A DNA stretch of 11,572 nucleotides from an uncultured archaeon (GTDB taxonomy: Archaea; Asgardarchaeota; Heimdallarchaeia; Heimdallarchaeales; Heimdallarchaeaceae), in the NCBI GenBank assembly GCA_964549075.1, contig CAZJUB010000083.1, positions 1 through 11,572 on the forward strand, written 5' to 3'. Under the pieces are notes generated by a model, which was given only the letters and a program-made list of their open reading frames with translations, had not been told where the DNA came from and made no database searches. Of this stretch, positions 8,834-11,572 are shown one piece after another (position 1 is the stretch's first letter; the number at the start of each line of letters is the position of its first letter). The position numbers were made by a program, and so were the translations under genes.

Positions 8834-9120
8834 AAGGGAACTGCAAACTGAACAGGAAGCGAAATCCGAAGTTTCAACCCTCCCAAGGGTAATCTCGGGA
8901 ACTATGGTTGAACCCCTTTTTAGATGGTTTGAACCCCCATTGGGCTTAGTTAAGACCTCCTAAGCCTGAAATCCCCCAGAACCAGACTCGTGTTTGGTTT
9001 AAACAGACATCTTCTGTCTGCCAGAATTTTGGCGGCTTGAGGGCTGTCGAAATGGAACCCCCAACCAAACCCTCGAAACTTCGAGCTAGAATCTCCTTCC
9101 TGTTCAGGCAGAAATCCCTT
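8834..9120 (+). ncRNA. Unidentified structured RNA closed by a bulge-helix-bulge motif (predicted 267-nt excised/circular product 8847-9113)
   Basis: About 48% GC (116/240 counted over 8881-9120) and stops in all three + frames. End pairing: 8834-8839/9115-9120, 8841-8844/9108-9111, 8848-8859/9096-9107 (12 bp perfect), 8867-8875/9075-9083 (9 bp perfect). Internal hairpins at 8881-8900 (GUAA tetraloop), 8942-8967, 8980-8999, 9004-9020, 9020-9033, 9039-9074. G-U wobbles mostly favour the + strand. Confidence 0.75.
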
Positions 9121-9143
9121 CAGGGGTTTTTTCTTCTATTTTT
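9091..9143 (+). repeat. Direct repeat copy 1 (53 bp)
   Basis: ATCTCCTTCCTGTTCAGGCAGAAATCCCTTCAGGGGTTTTTTCTTCTATTTTT. The first 32 nt are identical to 10773-10804. It ends exactly at the stop codon of the beta-helix gene. Confidence 0.95.
9111..9143 (+). terminator. Short hairpin plus oligo-T terminator of the ncRNA
   Basis: GAAATCCC-TTCA-GGGGTTTT followed by TTCTTCTATTTTT. Confidence 0.55.
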
Positions 9144-10697
9144 CTAAATTAATCTTCGCGTTCTATTGTTTGATTTTTTCAGAACTTCTGATACCCCAAG
9201 GAATGTTAGCAAAAGAATAAACGCACTAAGATAAGATTGTCCTGAAGTCTTATCTGTTTCAAAACAGTCACATTTATAACTCATCGGATACGGATCTGTT
9301 CTCTCTCTCTCCCCATCAATTTGATATTCTCCTTCTCCTTGATAATCCGTCCAATAGTTTCCAGTGTTTGTATCTTCATCGTACCAATCGCTGAAGCTTT
9401 CGTCATAAGCTTGGGAAGTTCCATCTTCTGTTCCGTTTAGATTGTTACACACGAAATAATTACTATATATTTCATTTCCTGAAGATAACAAAGAATCAAT
9501 TTTTACTCCATATCTTGTATTTCTTAAGAGAATATTTCCCACAATTTCATTATACTTTGCATCGGTTAACAGAATTCCATGACCATTGGATTCACAAGTA
9601 TTATTCACAATTGTTGCATGATATGTTTCCCAGATTCTCATACCTAGTTTGTTGTTCTTACATATATTGTTGTCAATTATGGGTGGTAAAAGGTTTGTAA
9701 AATCACCATAATATACCCAGATCCCTGAATCTTTGTTTTCCCAGCATATGTTACTAGATACAGTAATATTCGAACAACAATCTATTCTTATTCCTGAGTT
9801 GTTATGTTGTGAACACTTGTTTTCTGTGATGATAGAATCATCTGTTTCTCTGGAGAAAATGCCATCTATATTACTATTTGTGCACTCGTTTTGACTGATA
9901 GAAATATTCTGTGATCTCTCTATTATAATTCCAAAAACTCCATCTGTACAGAGGTTACTTTGAATATACGAATGCTTAGAATAGTCCATTCTTATCCCTG
10001 TATAGGTGTTTCGACGAAAAATATTCTCTGTGATGTTTGATTTTTCATAGGCTGATAAAAACATACCATTGTAGTTGTAAGCTAAAAGATTATATTGCAT
10101 GATAGTATGTGCTGTATATAAAACATAGACACCAGCTGTATTACTATGACAAAAATTACTAATTATTTCCAATTGGAGTGCATTGTTTATTAGAATCCCA
10201 TAATGATTTCCATAACATAAGTTATTTTCAACTCTTATGCCGTTGGAGTTTGTGAGATAAATTCCATAATAGTTGTGATTTGCACATGTATTGTTTTCAA
10301 TTACTGCTGTATCTTTGCTTATTTTATTAATTCCTATCCCAATATCAAGAGCAGAAATAAAACAGTTTTTTATGATAAAATGTTTTGTAGTATTATAGAT
10401 TAGTATACCCACGCTATCGTCTGTGATCACTTCTATATTTTCAATCCTGTAAGGTTCGGATACTGTACCATTTCCGGAGAATCCATAAGTTGTGAAATTC
10501 TCATCAGAAATTACCTGAATGCTTGAATGAGGAGTTAAGTCAGGTATCAATTTGAGGTCATAGACAATAGGACCTACTTTGATAGTATTGTTTTGATTCC
10601 AATTAAATTCAATAGCTTTTTGTGGTACAAAGATAAAACTCAAACCTATGAGTGCAAAAACTACAAAAACTGAGAATTTAACTATAGGCTTTTTCAT
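9144..10697 (-). CDS. Cell-surface right-handed parallel beta-helix protein (NosD/CASH-like)
   Basis: Signal peptide, GNGTVSEPYRIEN, many IxxNxCxxNxxGI repeats, GNYWTDY and DPYP C-terminal NosD-type motifs, C-terminal TM plus basic tail. Confidence 0.88.
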   Translation of the reverse strand: MKKPIVKFSVFVVFALIGLSFIFVPQKAIEFNWNQNNTIKVGPIVYDLKLIPDLTPHSSIQVISDENFTTYGFSGNGTVSEPYRIENIEVITDDSVGILIYNTTKHFIIKNCFISALDIGIGINKISKDTAVIENNTCANHNYYGIYLTNSNGIRVENNLCYGNHYGILINNALQLEIISNFCHSNTAGVYVLYTAHTIMQYNLLAYNYNGMFLSAYEKSNITENIFRRNTYTGIRMDYSKHSYIQSNLCTDGVFGIIIERSQNISISQNECTNSNIDGIFSRETDDSIITENKCSQHNNSGIRIDCCSNITVSSNICWENKDSGIWVYYGDFTNLLPPIIDNNICKNNKLGMRIWETYHATIVNNTCESNGHGILLTDAKYNEIVGNILLRNTRYGVKIDSLLSSGNEIYSNYFVCNNLNGTEDGTSQAYDESFSDWYDEDTNTGNYWTDYQGEGEYQIDGERERTDPYPMSYKCDCFETDKTSGQSYLSAFILLLTFLGVSEVLKKSNNRTRRLI

Positions 10698-10772
10698 TTC
10701 AATGAGAAGAAATAAGAGGTTGCACTATATTATTTGTTCGATGAGAGAATAATAATACAATTATGCTACTAT

Positions 10773-10826
10773 ATCTCCTTCCTGTTCAGGCAGAAATCCC
10801 TTCAAGGGTTTTTTTCTTCTATTTTT
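10773..10826 (+). repeat. Direct repeat copy 2 (54 bp), duplicate of ncRNA 3' end and terminator
   Basis: ATCTCCTTCCTGTTCAGGCAGAAATCCCTTCAAGGGTTTTTTTCTTCTATTTTT. Differs from copy 1 by one G>A and one extra T. Confidence 0.95.
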
Positions 10827-11063
10827 TACTACTTCCTATTCTGCATTATAGAATACGCTGAAAGTACAATCCAGTCTTAATCTTGTCTAACAAAGAATAC
10901 AAATTACTTCTACATTTTTTAGATGTGTTTAGATGACACTGTCACACACATTTTATTCTTAATTTTATTTGTTGTAATATTGGAATGAATTTTACCATTC
11001 AACGAACTTTTCGCAATTATTTAAAAAGCATAGAAAGAATTGAAATTAAAGGCAAGTAATAGT

Positions 11064-11572
11064 ATGAAAGAAGATTTTAAAAAAAAGTTTAGGAGTATTT
11101 TGAAGATCATATCGAGGGTCGTAGAATATTCGAGTTTCCTTGCAGCTTTAACATGGGTATATGCACCTATAGTAGCAGCAATGCTTATTTTAATGGCTAC
11201 ATGGATGGTACCATTGGCTTTCACTTCATATTATATCTTCTATTTCTTAGGATTTAGGAATGACTGGTTGTTTAGTACGATTCAGTTGATTTATAAAGGG
11301 TATACTGCCGGTATTATTATCTTATTGGTCTTTGAAATACTGCTAATAATCATAGGGGGAGTATTATTTTTGTGGGGATTTATTCATATCGTTGTAACCA
11401 AGGTGAAAAAGAAAGGGCTAACTACAACAGGATTATACAAATACATACGTCACCCTCAGCACCTAGGTTTGATTTTAATCTCGTTTGCTTTTGCACTCTA
11501 TGTTCCAGAAACGGGGGATCATGGTCTTATTGTATGTGAACTCATATCTTGGGGCTTATCTACCTTAGTTAT
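11064..11572 (+). CDS. ICMT/PEMT (Ste14-like) family membrane methyltransferase, partial (runs off the right edge)
   Basis: Not in the ORF track. Manual translation from ATG 11064 (MKEDFKKKFRSILKIISRVVEYSSFLAALTW...) is open to the edge, with several TM segments and LTTTGLYKYIRHPQHLG matching the family LxTxGxYxxxRHPxxxG motif. Confidence 0.82.
   Translation, partial: MKEDFKKKFRSILKIISRVVEYSSFLAALTWVYAPIVAAMLILMATWMVPLAFTSYYIFYFLGFRNDWLFSTIQLIYKGYTAGIIILLVFEILLIIIGGVLFLWGFIHIVVTKVKKKGLTTTGLYKYIRHPQHLGLILISFAFALYVPETGDHGLIVCELISWGLSTLV

Larger units (their letters stand above)
9091..10826. mobile_element. Putative single-gene cassette/islet bounded by direct repeats (no recombinase present)
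   Basis: Direct repeats 1682 bp apart enclose exactly one gene and its 75-nt upstream region. The repeat equals the 3' end of an RNA gene, as at attL/attR sites. Confidence 0.5.

Noticed and set aside
8904-8940. tRNA T-loop-like GGTTCAA motifs on the - strand
   Set aside because: No 5-bp T stem or cloverleaf context.
8737-9073. Telomere/telomerase-template-like words (GGGTTAGG, TTAGGG, AAACCCT) and Sm-site-like AATTTTGG at 9025-9032
   Set aside because: Short, non-tandem matches, no reverse transcriptase in the window, and the Sm-like word is sequestered in a hairpin.
8847-9113. Rolling-circle ORF (267 nt is divisible by 3)
   Set aside because: Stops occur in all three + frames (e.g. 8849, 8890, 8961).
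8834-9120. MITE with terminal inverted repeats
   Set aside because: End pairing has asymmetric 3-nt bulges, the interior has G-U-supported hairpins, and no target-site duplication is visible. Disfavoured, not excluded.
8795-9125. SRP RNA, RNase P RNA, 5S rRNA, C/D guide or group II intron identity
   Set aside because: No SRP helix-8 motif, no RNase P P4 consensus, wrong size for 5S, no box C (RUGAUGA) and no domain V by eye on either strand. A divergent version is not excluded without cmscan.
9091-10826. CRISPR array
   Set aside because: Only two repeat copies, 1.68 kb apart, and no cas genes.
944-11224. Short ORF-track entries (944, 1863, 2521, 2893, 2909, 3819, 4263, 4923, 5528, 5983, 6722, 9515, 11021)
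   Set aside because: Antisense shadows of well-supported genes with no recognisable motifs.

Overview
AT-rich (roughly 30-35% GC by eye) archaeal-looking window. Gene content (PAC2, FixCX plus SCP2, TM-anchored family-5 solute-binding protein, NosD-type beta-helix surface protein, TATA-like promoters, oligo-T terminators) suggests an Asgard/Heimdallarchaeia-like genome, which is inference only. Left to right: partial hypothetical gene (-), M20D amidohydrolase (-), FixC-like flavoprotein / FixX-like ferredoxin / SCP2 operon (+), Zn/Cd-type P1B ATPase (+), apparently circularly permuted family-5 solute-binding protein (+), PAC2 protein (+), a ~290-nt GC-rich structured non-coding element, a beta-helix surface-protein gene (-), and a partial ICMT/PEMT-family methyltransferase (+). 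The main observation is the non-coding element at ~8834-9120. Its ends pair into a near-canonical bulge-helix-bulge (BHB) splicing-endonuclease motif enclosing a 267-nt multi-hairpin RNA with repeated GAACCCC motifs, predicting an unannotated excised and probably circular RNA. Its 3' end plus terminator (53 bp) is directly repeated 1682 bp downstream, bracketing the beta-helix gene like an att-flanked, integrase-less cassette.
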